A stretch of 64,000 bases of DNA, taken from a virus. The number at the start of each line of letters is the position of its first letter. Position 1 is the stretch's first letter. The translations under genes were made by a program, and so were the position numbers. Positions 56,476 to 64,000 of the stretch are shown in pieces. The DNA is taken from the IMG/VR virus record IMGVR_UViG_3300044644_001556; one strand, written 5' to 3'. The notes beneath the pieces are model-generated. The model saw only the letters and a program-made list of their open reading frames with translations. It did not search any database and had not been told where the DNA came from.

Positions 56476-57501
56476 TTAATCTTCTTTTAATAAAAAAGTA
56501 TTGGAAATAGTTTTAAAAGTAAAGTCGCTATCATGACTCTTATATACTAAACCTTCTCTAATCTTATGATTAATAGATGGGCCTTCGGCGAATGCTAATA
56601 AATCTACTAAATTAGTTGCAGAAACTTGTGATTTTTCACTAATAATAGGAACATGATTTCCAGTAAACCCAAGCTCAACCAAATCGTTATAAATTGATTT
56701 GCGTTCATCTGGTTTAGCATACCGTTTTTCGTCGATTAAAAAGATATCAAACACAAATAGTTGAGTTGTTTCGAATTTTTCGCGATTACCTTGGATGTTC
56801 GGACCCATTAATTCACCTTGAACCGCAATATTTTTGCCGTAACTTAGTAAAACTTGATCTAATTTACTATTTGAGAACATACGGACAAATGAATTATCTT
56901 TATTATCTTCGTCAATCTTTAATTCTAAATTTCTAGAACAAACACCCAACTCGCCATTGAAATAATATCCGGTAAATGAACTACCATCTAATTTAATAGT
57001 AATCTCATAGGATTCATTGATACGTTTTTCGAAAATATCACGAACTAAATTTTGACAACGCTCTTGATCGGTTTTGTGAATAAATGATGGAAAATTACCT
57101 TTAGCGTTACCGGCTAATTGCCCGTTGATAGGACGTTCCCATTTTTCAATACCTAATAGTTCAGCTATATCAGTTTCTGGCGTTACATCGATTAATTCCG
57201 GATATAATGATAATGGTAAGATTAAACCTTGAGAAATTTGCCCTCGTAATTTAATAGTTCTAATTCTCATACCATCTTTACCTTCCCATCGAATCGCTTT
57301 GCTTGCTAAAAAAGCGTACCGTTCATCAGTTAATGGTAAAAAACTATCGATCTCAAAATAAACACCTTTATCTCCGACTTGAAATTCTCCTTTTTTTACG
57401 ACGACCGGCCAACCACCATCTATAATCGCGCATTCAATTGCATCAGCATTTTCAATCGGAAGTAATTCTGTGATTGGTTTAATAGTTACTAATTGTCTCA
57501 T
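56476..57501 (-). CDS. RNA ligase, DRB0094/Rnl5 family
   Basis: PI.NAD.IE, YFEIDS, LRGQISQG, KTDQER, KLDGSS, QGEL.G, REGLV.K, FK.ISN.FLL. Confidence 0.9.
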   Translation of the reverse strand: MRQLVTIKPITELLPIENADAIECAIIDGGWPVVVKKGEFQVGDKGVYFEIDSFLPLTDERYAFLASKAIRWEGKDGMRIRTIKLRGQISQGLILPLSLYPELIDVTPETDIAELLGIEKWERPINGQLAGNAKGNFPSFIHKTDQERCQNLVRDIFEKRINESYEITIKLDGSSFTGYYFNGELGVCSRNLELKIDEDNKDNSFVRMFSNSKLDQVLLSYGKNIAVQGELMGPNIQGNREKFETTQLFVFDIFLIDEKRYAKPDERKSIYNDLVELGFTGNHVPIISEKSQVSATNLVDLLAFAEGPSINHKIREGLVYKSHDSDFTFKTISNTFLLKED

Positions 57502-57529
57502 TTATTTTACCTTATATTTTAAAGATTAA

Positions 57530-58573
57530 TTAAACTGCGGTTGATAACGAAGATAAATCTAATAATGGCAAATCAATATGTTCATCTTTTACGATATTAT
57601 GAATATCTTTTTTACCGAAAATTCCATTCGTACTTAAATATCTAAATAATTTTTTCATAGTCATCATTTCATCATAAGTAGCTACTTTTTTATTAAGCCC
57701 CAATAACCAAGCCATCGCCTGAGTAAAAGTTAAACCGATATCAAACGTCTGCTTTACTTCAGTTGGAATCTGCGGTAAGTTAACCGTTCTTAATTGAACC
57801 ATTAATTTCGGTAATTGTAATGGTTCAATTGATTGATATCCAAACTGTCTAGTTAATATAGTACCCGCATAAATAGCAAATTGTAAATTAACCATCAGAT
57901 TATTATCAACTTTATCAAATTGAGTAGATAAACCGATATATTCCTGGCTATCAGCGGCTTTTAATTTATTATTGCCTATTCCATCTAATGTTTTCCAAAC
58001 CGGCGTAGAGACTGAATATGCTCCATTATTAGCGATATAAGCCAAACAGTTACGATCTTCGATATAAACATCATCAGCAAAGCCGATATAATTTACGAAA
58101 ATAGAATGAGCTATTACTGCTCTAAAATTTCCGTTTTCGGATAGATGCTTTCCGCCCACTACCGCTAAATCAATACCGTCATAGAATGAATAAATGTAAC
58201 TACCGTCAAAAAACCATCTATATTCCGGTTTTAACATAGATAAGATTTTATCGAACACTGATTGCATTTGCGGAATCCATTCAATAGACTCATCAAATAA
58301 ACCAATAGTAAATCTTGAATTAACTGGAGCTCGTTCTAATGCTATAATATTACCGTCGTATAACATAATCGCACATTCTTGTGGGATAGTATAATTCGTA
58401 ACACCATGTACTTTTTTATAAAAACCAGTTATCGCTTTAGGGCAATCCATTTTATATGTCTTTTCGCGATCAGTTACGGTTTCATCGATAATCTGTAATG
58501 CACCAGACATAGAATTTAAAGATTTTACTTTAATACGTTTAATTTTAATTTTAGATGGTTCGAAAGTAATCAT
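57530..58573 (-). CDS. hypothetical protein
   Basis: 347 aa; GAGG RBS; own promoter. Confidence 0.7.
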   Translation of the reverse strand: MITFEPSKIKIKRIKVKSLNSMSGALQIIDETVTDREKTYKMDCPKAITGFYKKVHGVTNYTIPQECAIMLYDGNIIALERAPVNSRFTIGLFDESIEWIPQMQSVFDKILSMLKPEYRWFFDGSYIYSFYDGIDLAVVGGKHLSENGNFRAVIAHSIFVNYIGFADDVYIEDRNCLAYIANNGAYSVSTPVWKTLDGIGNNKLKAADSQEYIGLSTQFDKVDNNLMVNLQFAIYAGTILTRQFGYQSIEPLQLPKLMVQLRTVNLPQIPTEVKQTFDIGLTFTQAMAWLLGLNKKVATYDEMMTMKKLFRYLSTNGIFGKKDIHNIVKDEHIDLPLLDLSSLSTAV

Positions 58574-58613
58574 AATGGCCTCATGTAATTTGGTTTAATT
58601 TAAACAACAATTT

Positions 58614-58642
58614 ATTTTATCAAATATAAAGGAGAAAGTCAA
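58614..58642 (-). promoter_or_regulatory. sigma70-like promoter
   Basis: TTGACT-N17-TAAAAT. Confidence 0.6.
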
Positions 58643-58713
58643 GCCAAATCCAAGCCTATATATTATATTATTGTGTTAGCTTGATTTTAACTTAACTTAA
58701 GTTGTTGTTTTAA

Positions 58714-59790
58714 TTAGAAATGGGTGTAATCAAAAAGTTCTTCATTCCATTGATGTTTTGCATAGTAAATAATTTTATGAGAAGATGGAGTTCCAACTAC
58801 GCAAGTAGTATCTAGATTATCTTTCGATAATGGATTTACAATTTCATAGATATGGCACGGGCAATCTGGTCTCGCGGCGCGGCCAATCAATTGATTTAAA
58901 AAGCTATAACTACCGACATTAAGACCGATAACGACAGTATGACAATTTTTAACGTCAATACCTTCGCTTAATTTTTTACAACTAACTATAAATTTAACGG
59001 TTCCTTCACTAAATTGTTCTAAAATATCTTCAACTTCCTGTTTATTTTGATCTAATAATGCGACTGACGAATATCCTTTAGATAAGATATGATCATTAAT
59101 TCTGGTTACTTCTTTTTTAGTTTTAGCAAAGATCAAAGTACCATTCATCTGATCCGCATAATTATCGAATATATCAATAATAATTTCGGCCTTAGACCGT
59201 TCCGAACCATCAACTATAGTATGTAGATGAGTATCAGCTAAAAACCCTTGATTAACTGCTTCTTCGCGGCTAATAGGATTAATGATTTCTTCGAATTTAA
59301 TAATCATACCATCAGCTCGATCAGGAGTCGCAGTTAAACCAATTAATGGAATCTCACCTACCAACGTATCCAATTGATACTGCATTGAACTACATGCTTC
59401 ATGATGGGCCTCATCTAAGACCGTAATATCCCAACCTTCATCTATAACCGATTGTGGAATATCCGACATCATTGATTGTAAAATTAATTCTACATTACTA
59501 TCACCGATAAATGTTTTTTCAGCCTGAGTTAATAATCGATGAGTATGAGCAATAAACATTACTCTTAATTTACGATCAGTTACCCCTAATATTTCAGCTA
59601 ATTCTGGGCATCCTAAAGTACAAGCAATAGTTAATGTTTTCCCAGTTCCAGTCGGTAATACAACTAAGATTCTTTTTTTACCATCATTAATAGCTTGGAT
59701 AGATTGATTTCGAGCTGCAATTTGATACCAACGAACCGACTTATCACCATATAATTCATCAACAGATAATTCTTGGACTTGTTCAGACAT
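58714..59790 (-). CDS. SF2 DEAH-box helicase (ResIII-like)
   Basis: PTGTGKT, DEAHH, GLTATP.R, LSEGID, QLIGR..R. Confidence 0.9.
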   Translation of the reverse strand: MSEQVQELSVDELYGDKSVRWYQIAARNQSIQAINDGKKRILVVLPTGTGKTLTIACTLGCPELAEILGVTDRKLRVMFIAHTHRLLTQAEKTFIGDSNVELILQSMMSDIPQSVIDEGWDITVLDEAHHEACSSMQYQLDTLVGEIPLIGLTATPDRADGMIIKFEEIINPISREEAVNQGFLADTHLHTIVDGSERSKAEIIIDIFDNYADQMNGTLIFAKTKKEVTRINDHILSKGYSSVALLDQNKQEVEDILEQFSEGTVKFIVSCKKLSEGIDVKNCHTVVIGLNVGSYSFLNQLIGRAARPDCPCHIYEIVNPLSKDNLDTTCVVGTPSSHKIIYYAKHQWNEELFDYTHF

Positions 59791-59834
59791 ATATTCACCT
59801 TTTTTAAATTAGTTAAATGATACAACAAAAACAT

Positions 59835-59863
59835 ATTATAACTGATCTAATAAGGTAGATCAA
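59835..59863 (-). promoter_or_regulatory. sigma70-like promoter
   Basis: TTGATC-N17-TATAAT. Confidence 0.65.
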
Positions 59864-59877
59864 TCAAAAAGTAGACA

Positions 59878-60117
59878 TTAACCGATAGCAATCGTTTCAA
59901 TCATTAATTGATTTTTAAATGATCTGATATTTACAAAAATTTCACGATCGACTAAAACTCGTTCTAATAATTCGCATTCATATAAACCAGGATTAATATC
60001 ACTAAATCTTAATTTACGACCCTGATCAGATTTTCGGTTATCTGGTAATGCATGATCACCAAATAATTCAGTTACTAAGTTACGGATAATGGTTGTTGTG
60101 TTTTGGTTAGTAGTCAT
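59878..60117 (-). CDS. small hypothetical protein (paralogue family)
   Basis: GGAGA RBS; similar pattern to 61163..61399 and 62506..62784. Confidence 0.6.
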   Translation of the reverse strand: MTTNQNTTTIIRNLVTELFGDHALPDNRKSDQGRKLRFSDINPGLYECELLERVLVDREIFVNIRSFKNQLMIETIAIG

Positions 60118-60144
60118 ATTAATCTCCAGATAGGTTAGTTTAAA

Positions 60145-60363
60145 TTAACGATTTTCTAATTCAATTAGTTTATATGCTTTACCGTTCTTAAATGCAAAAA
60201 ACCCAACATTTGATTTATGAATCAATAAGTAATTGGCATCAACATGTACGTAATAACTAAAGCCGGTAATAATAGTTCCCAAAAACAAACCGATTATAAT
60301 ACCCCAAGAACCGGCTTTAATTTCATTGGAAGTATAACTTGGTAATTTTTCGCCCTTTTCCAT
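60145..60363 (-). CDS. small membrane protein
   Basis: Start reassigned to MEKGE after AGGAGA; one TM segment; the longer ORF start lies upstream of the promoter. Confidence 0.6.
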   Translation of the reverse strand: MEKGEKLPSYTSNEIKAGSWGIIIGLFLGTIITGFSYYVHVDANYLLIHKSNVGFFAFKNGKAYKLIELENR

Positions 60364-60409
60364 AATAATCTCCTTTATTAAATTGAAGTTAATATCCGAC
60401 AACAAATAT

Positions 60410-60438
60410 ATTATATCATACTTTAATACTTTGATCAA
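60410..60438 (-). promoter_or_regulatory. sigma70-like promoter with extended -10
   Basis: TTGATC-N17-TATAAT with TGn. Confidence 0.65.
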
Positions 60439-60452
60439 TCCGGTAGGCATAA

Positions 60453-60486
60453 AAATAGCCCATTAGTTATAACTAATGGGCTATTT
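60453..60486 (-). terminator. terminator (perfect 34-bp palindrome)
   Basis: AAATAGCCCATTAGTTA|TAACTAATGGGCTATTT. Confidence 0.7.
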
Positions 60487-60497
60487 AATATAAAATA

Positions 60498-60749
60498 TTA
60501 AGATATTGCTATTTGAGCAACAGTAGCTATAATTTTAACTGGAACTGTTGTTTCTACTGTAATTGTAGTTGCCGATGCAATTTTAATGCGCGATGATGCA
60601 GTAATATCTTGTTTGTAATTTACGTTATCCGCAGAATCACACCATACTGCAACAACTGGGCTAGTTAATGTTCCTAAACCATGTGTAATTGTGTGCAATG
60701 TATTTGCTGCTACCGCAGTATATCTATATCCGGTTACCGTAGTTGCCAT
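60498..60749 (-). CDS. small beta-rich protein, possible virion component
   Basis: TITHGLG...PVVAVW pattern seen in fibre-tip-type domains. Confidence 0.5.
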   Translation of the reverse strand: MATTVTGYRYTAVAANTLHTITHGLGTLTSPVVAVWCDSADNVNYKQDITASSRIKIASATTITVETTVPVKIIATVAQIAIS

Positions 60750-60786
60750 AAGAATTCCTATTAATAATAAAAAATTAAACTATATA

Positions 60787-61083
60787 TTATTTATTCTCAA
60801 TGCTTTCAATTACATCCCGGACTGCTATTACAAATAATTCATCTTTTTCTCGCCGCTTATTTTTACCCACATCATCACTAGCCCAGCATAAATCATACCA
60901 TTGTATTCCTTGAACTTCATTTTTGATCATCACTCTAATGGGTCTGGGTAATTTCTGTAGTTCAAAATTAGTAGGAAACCGCCAATCTTTATGATCATTA
61001 TAATCTAAAAACTGAACGTATAAAAAAGCATCACTCCAATTAAGCATTTTATTAAAAAATGGAGCTATTTCGATTTCATTCAT
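60787..61083 (-). CDS. DUF1566/Lcl-like domain protein
   Basis: IEIAP, LNWSDA..Y..L....DWRFPT..EL, VIAVR. Confidence 0.7.
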   Translation of the reverse strand: MNEIEIAPFFNKMLNWSDAFLYVQFLDYNDHKDWRFPTNFELQKLPRPIRVMIKNEVQGIQWYDLCWASDDVGKNKRREKDELFVIAVRDVIESIENK

Positions 61084-61162
61084 GTTAACCTTTTACTATA
61101 ATAAGTTAATTTACTAACAAATTATATTAGCAGATTATATAATCTGCTAATATTAAAATATT

Positions 61163-61399
61163 TTATTCGGAAAAATAATAAACCCGAATTTCTAAATTAC
61201 TACCGTTAATAATAGCACGCCCTCTAAACGGAGCAATTTTTTCATTAATTTCTTGTAATTGTTGATCAGTTACTTTAACATCTGAATAAATTAATAAACT
61301 ACCAGAACTAGTCCGTTCATTATTAAATTTTTTAAGTTGCTTCCCACCAACATAACTTACAATAGAACTAATTTCTTTAATTTGATCTTTACCGCTCAT
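61163..61399 (-). CDS. small hypothetical protein (paralogue family)
   Basis: GAGGA RBS; see 59878..60117. Confidence 0.6.
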   Translation of the reverse strand: MSGKDQIKEISSIVSYVGGKQLKKFNNERTSSGSLLIYSDVKVTDQQLQEINEKIAPFRGRAIINGSNLEIRVYYFSE

Positions 61400-61430
61400 A
61401 ATTATCCTCTATGGTTCGTTAACCAAGTAT

Positions 61431-61811
61431 TTATTTTTCTGCAGAAAACGAAATAGCAAATTGAACAATATCTTCTAATTTTTCAGCAATTAAATCATAT
61501 TCATCACAGTCTTTACTAGCTAAATTATAACATAATTGCCATTGATTATCAGACAAGTAATCATACTCGGTTCGCAGCCAATTAAACCATAATTTAAAAG
61601 TCTGGGCTAAACAATCAGTATGCTGTTTATAAAATTCATTGTATTCGACTTCGTTTATAAAAACTCGCTCTACACCAGCATCTGAAAAATTAACTGCTTC
61701 AAAATGACTATTGCATAGTTTAGATTCACCGCGCCTATAACCCCACCATCCATATTGCGGAACAATAGTTTTCGGAAATTGAACTTGAGATCGAAAATCA
61801 TAAAATAACAT
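61431..61811 (-). CDS. hypothetical protein
   Basis: 126 aa; GGAGGT RBS. Confidence 0.65.
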   Translation of the reverse strand: MLFYDFRSQVQFPKTIVPQYGWWGYRRGESKLCNSHFEAVNFSDAGVERVFINEVEYNEFYKQHTDCLAQTFKLWFNWLRTEYDYLSDNQWQLCYNLASKDCDEYDLIAEKLEDIVQFAISFSAEK

Positions 61812-61859
61812 AGCACCTCCAATTAAAAAATATTATTATAATACATTAATACTATAAAA

Positions 61860-62210
61860 TCAATCTATTGTTTTAACCGGTCTAACACCGTGAATATAAT
61901 GTTTACCGCAACTTTGACTAAAACCTTTTAAACTTTCAACCCAAGCATAATACATACTTTCTTCGGTCGACGTCCAATAATAAGGTAAATAAAATTTATA
62001 TTTTTCGTATCGAATATTCATTAAATTAGATTCAATAAACAATAACTCTTTCCTAGTTGGTAATCGCCAGTTTTTAAATCCATTAATTATTAATTTATCG
62101 CAATAAATTATCGACTGATCCCAATTTAATTCAGTCGCATAATCAGTCGGCGATATAATAATATTACCGCCGATATATAATCCACCTTGGTATTCTAAAT
62201 ATTTTTTCAT
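61860..62210 (-). CDS. DUF1566/Lcl-like domain protein
   Basis: LNW....YC.KL.INGF.NWRLPT.KEL, YYWTSTE, AW, VRPVK. Confidence 0.82.
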   Translation of the reverse strand: MKKYLEYQGGLYIGGNIIISPTDYATELNWDQSIIYCDKLIINGFKNWRLPTRKELLFIESNLMNIRYEKYKFYLPYYWTSTEESMYYAWVESLKGFSQSCGKHYIHGVRPVKTID

Positions 62211-62497
62211 TACTCTAATATAGCTAAGATATCTTCTTCTTTAATTAAAATAATTTCTTCTTTATTAACAGTTACTTCTTGACCAGCATATCGACCAAAT
62301 AAAACTCGATTTCCGACTTGAGTTTTTAAAGGACGCCAAGTTTCATCGGGCATAAATTTACCGATACCTGCTGCTATAACTTCACCGACTCCTGGTTTTT
62401 CAGCTGATTTGCCTGGTAAAATAATTCCGGATTCAGTTTCTTTTTCTTCCGGATCACGTTTAATAGCAATATAGTCAAATAATGGTTTAATATTCAT
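62210..62497 (-). CDS. groES: co-chaperonin GroES
   Basis: IKPL.D, TESGIILP..A.EKP..GEVIA.G.G, VG.RVLFG.YAG.EV, E.DILAI. Confidence 0.93.
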   Translation of the reverse strand: MNIKPLFDYIAIKRDPEEKETESGIILPGKSAEKPGVGEVIAAGIGKFMPDETWRPLKTQVGNRVLFGRYAGQEVTVNKEEIILIKEEDILAILE

Positions 62498-62505
62498 AAA
62501 AGCTC

Positions 62506-62784
62506 CTAGTTTGTGTATTCGATAATTTGATCATTCGCTCTAAATAAAACATGAATTGTTAATACTCGTTTATTGTATAATGAATTATACACTTTAATAT
62601 CACAATATTGTTTTACTAGACTATTTTTTAATTGGTTTACTTGATTATCGGTAATATCAATACCTTTATAAGTTAATCGTTTACCCAAAGAATCAACTTT
62701 TGTATTACATTTACTTTTACCGATAATAGATCTAACTATAGTATGAACGGTTGTCGTTCTAAGATCGCATTCTATTCTGCTCAT
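62506..62784 (-). CDS. small hypothetical protein (paralogue family)
   Basis: GAGGT RBS; see 59878..60117. Confidence 0.6.
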   Translation of the reverse strand: MSRIECDLRTTTVHTIVRSIIGKSKCNTKVDSLGKRLTYKGIDITDNQVNQLKNSLVKQYCDIKVYNSLYNKRVLTIHVLFRANDQIIEYTN

Positions 62785-62813
62785 ATTACCTCTTTAAAAT
62801 CGATATTTAAAAA

Positions 62814-63038
62814 CTACAAATTTCGAACTGCCCTAACATCCCATGCATATCCCTGATCATTAAATGTCGAATCATGAGTATCCCAACAATATGGAAGATC
62901 GTACACTTTACGTTCTACCGGAGTCGGTAATCGCCAATCTCGTTTACCATCTATATCTAAAAAAATTACATACGTTAATGCTTCATGATAAGTTTTACAT
63001 CTAACCCTCGTAAAATCGGGCGATATTTCAATACTCAT
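62814..63038 (-). CDS. minimal DUF1566/Lcl-like protein
   Basis: IEISP, EA..Y..LDIDG..DWRLPT..E, VRAVR. Confidence 0.7.
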   Translation of the reverse strand: MSIEISPDFTRVRCKTYHEALTYVIFLDIDGKRDWRLPTPVERKVYDLPYCWDTHDSTFNDQGYAWDVRAVRNL

Positions 63039-63062
63039 TTGGACGTCCGTGTCCGGTTTAAT

Positions 63063-63236
63063 CTAACGACTTTTTAAAACTAAAATACGACTGCGGATTT
63101 TATTTTTATCTCTAAGTCTGCTAGTTTTTTCAAATAATGCTTCTAATTGCGTTAAATTTAAGATCTTAATTCTCTGTTTGCCATTTTTCGTTAACGCTGG
63201 ATTAGCGCGTCTTTTCGCTTTGCTTACATTTGCCAT
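63063..63236 (-). CDS. small highly basic protein (57 aa)
   Basis: Manual translation MANVSKAKRRANPALTKNGKQRIK...LKSR; AAGGAG RBS. Confidence 0.6.
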   Translation of the reverse strand: MANVSKAKRRANPALTKNGKQRIKILNLTQLEALFEKTSRLRDKNKIRSRILVLKSR

Positions 63237-63297
63237 ACTTACTCCTTATAATGCATATTAAAACTTTATTATATGTTAATACATTAAAAATAACTAA

Positions 63298-63585
63298 CTA
63301 TTTGTAACGCAAAACATAACAATCAATCGGAATGTTTATTGGCTTGTCTGATTTAATATTACAGAATAAATTAATACTTTTACTGTCAGCCGAGATTATC
63401 GGCTGTGATATGGTTACTTTACTCATATACGTATCTTCGTTACCTTGCTCGTCTAAACTATCGACTATTACTGTAATTTGATTGCCGGGTCGTAATTTAG
63501 TAGCTAAAACACAGCCCGGTAATTCAATGTCTGATATATGAGAAGCTGGAATGCGTGCTAATATACTCTTCATTATAAATCTCAT
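63298..63585 (-). CDS. hypothetical protein
   Basis: 95-aa ORF. Confidence 0.5.
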   Translation of the reverse strand: MRFIMKSILARIPASHISDIELPGCVLATKLRPGNQITVIVDSLDEQGNEDTYMSKVTISQPIISADSKSINLFCNIKSDKPINIPIDCYVLRYK

Positions 63586-63608
63586 TTTTGTTGATATTAG
63601 TTTATATA

Positions 63609-64000
63609 TTATTCCTTCGCCGTATAATCATCGACCAATGATTTAATAATATTAGCATAATCAACATACCACGAACGAGGTAATCCTTTTTCACCACCAA
63701 TTGCATTTACCTTGGGTTTATCTCTTGTAAATTTTTCATCCGTTATATTAGTTTGTGGGGCCCCTAAAGTAACAGTTCCATTCTCGATAATAAAAGTACA
63801 TATTGGCGACGTATATGATTCGCATTCCTCACCATCAAACAAGGTAGCTTCTATTTGTAAAAATGGAAAAGCTTCTGCTATTTGAACCCAATCATCATAA
63901 ACTTCAGAAACCTCAGGCCACTTACCGATATTATGCGAATAGTAAATATTACCGGATGGATTGCACCATCCATTCGGCCCAAAGATAAACGAACAAGATC
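63609..64000 (-). CDS. hypothetical protein, probably running off the window end
   Basis: ORF track gives 63609..63842; the frame appears to stay open upstream to the edge. Confidence 0.45.
   Translation of the reverse strand, partial: SCSFIFGPNGWCNPSGNIYYSHNIGKWPEVSEVYDDWVQIAEAFPFLQIEATLFDGEECESYTSPICTFIIENGTVTLGAPQTNITDEKFTRDKPKVNAIGGEKGLPRSWYVDYANIIKSLVDDYTAKE

Noticed and set aside
50044-63038. Complete diversity-generating retroelement
   Set aside because: No reverse transcriptase and no near-identical TR/VR pair is visible in this window.
1-64000. Alternative genetic code
   Set aside because: TAA, TAG and TGA all end full-length recognisable genes, and conserved proteins are not fragmented.

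Overview
AT-rich, gene-dense segment of a large tailed phage, probably a jumbo myovirus, read with the standard code. It holds a T4-like recombination/replication block (dUTPase, gp32-type SSB, UvsX, UvsY, UvsW, DNA ligase, a stand-alone DnaE fragment) and virion fibre genes. It also carries one tRNA(CAU), nucleotide and counter-defence genes (QueD, a TGT/DpdA-like protein, NADAR, DenV, an NAD salvage pair, RNA ligase) and a minus-strand early-type region with many sigma70 promoters. The standout is the UvsW helicase, interrupted at both ATPase motifs. An Ala-start class 3 (WCT) cis-intein sits right after the Walker A lysine. A naturally split intein cuts the DE|CH Walker B motif, and its halves lie about 1.2 kb apart, separated by three ORFs with no recognisable homing endonuclease. 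Other notable items are a duplicated three-gene fibre cassette (A-B-C-A'-B'-C'), five dispersed minimal DUF1566/Lcl-like genes, a 2122-aa repeat protein with a charge gradient, a tRNA inside a long leader/trailer stem, and a candidate four-stem RNA. All family calls come from motifs recognised by eye; no searches were run.
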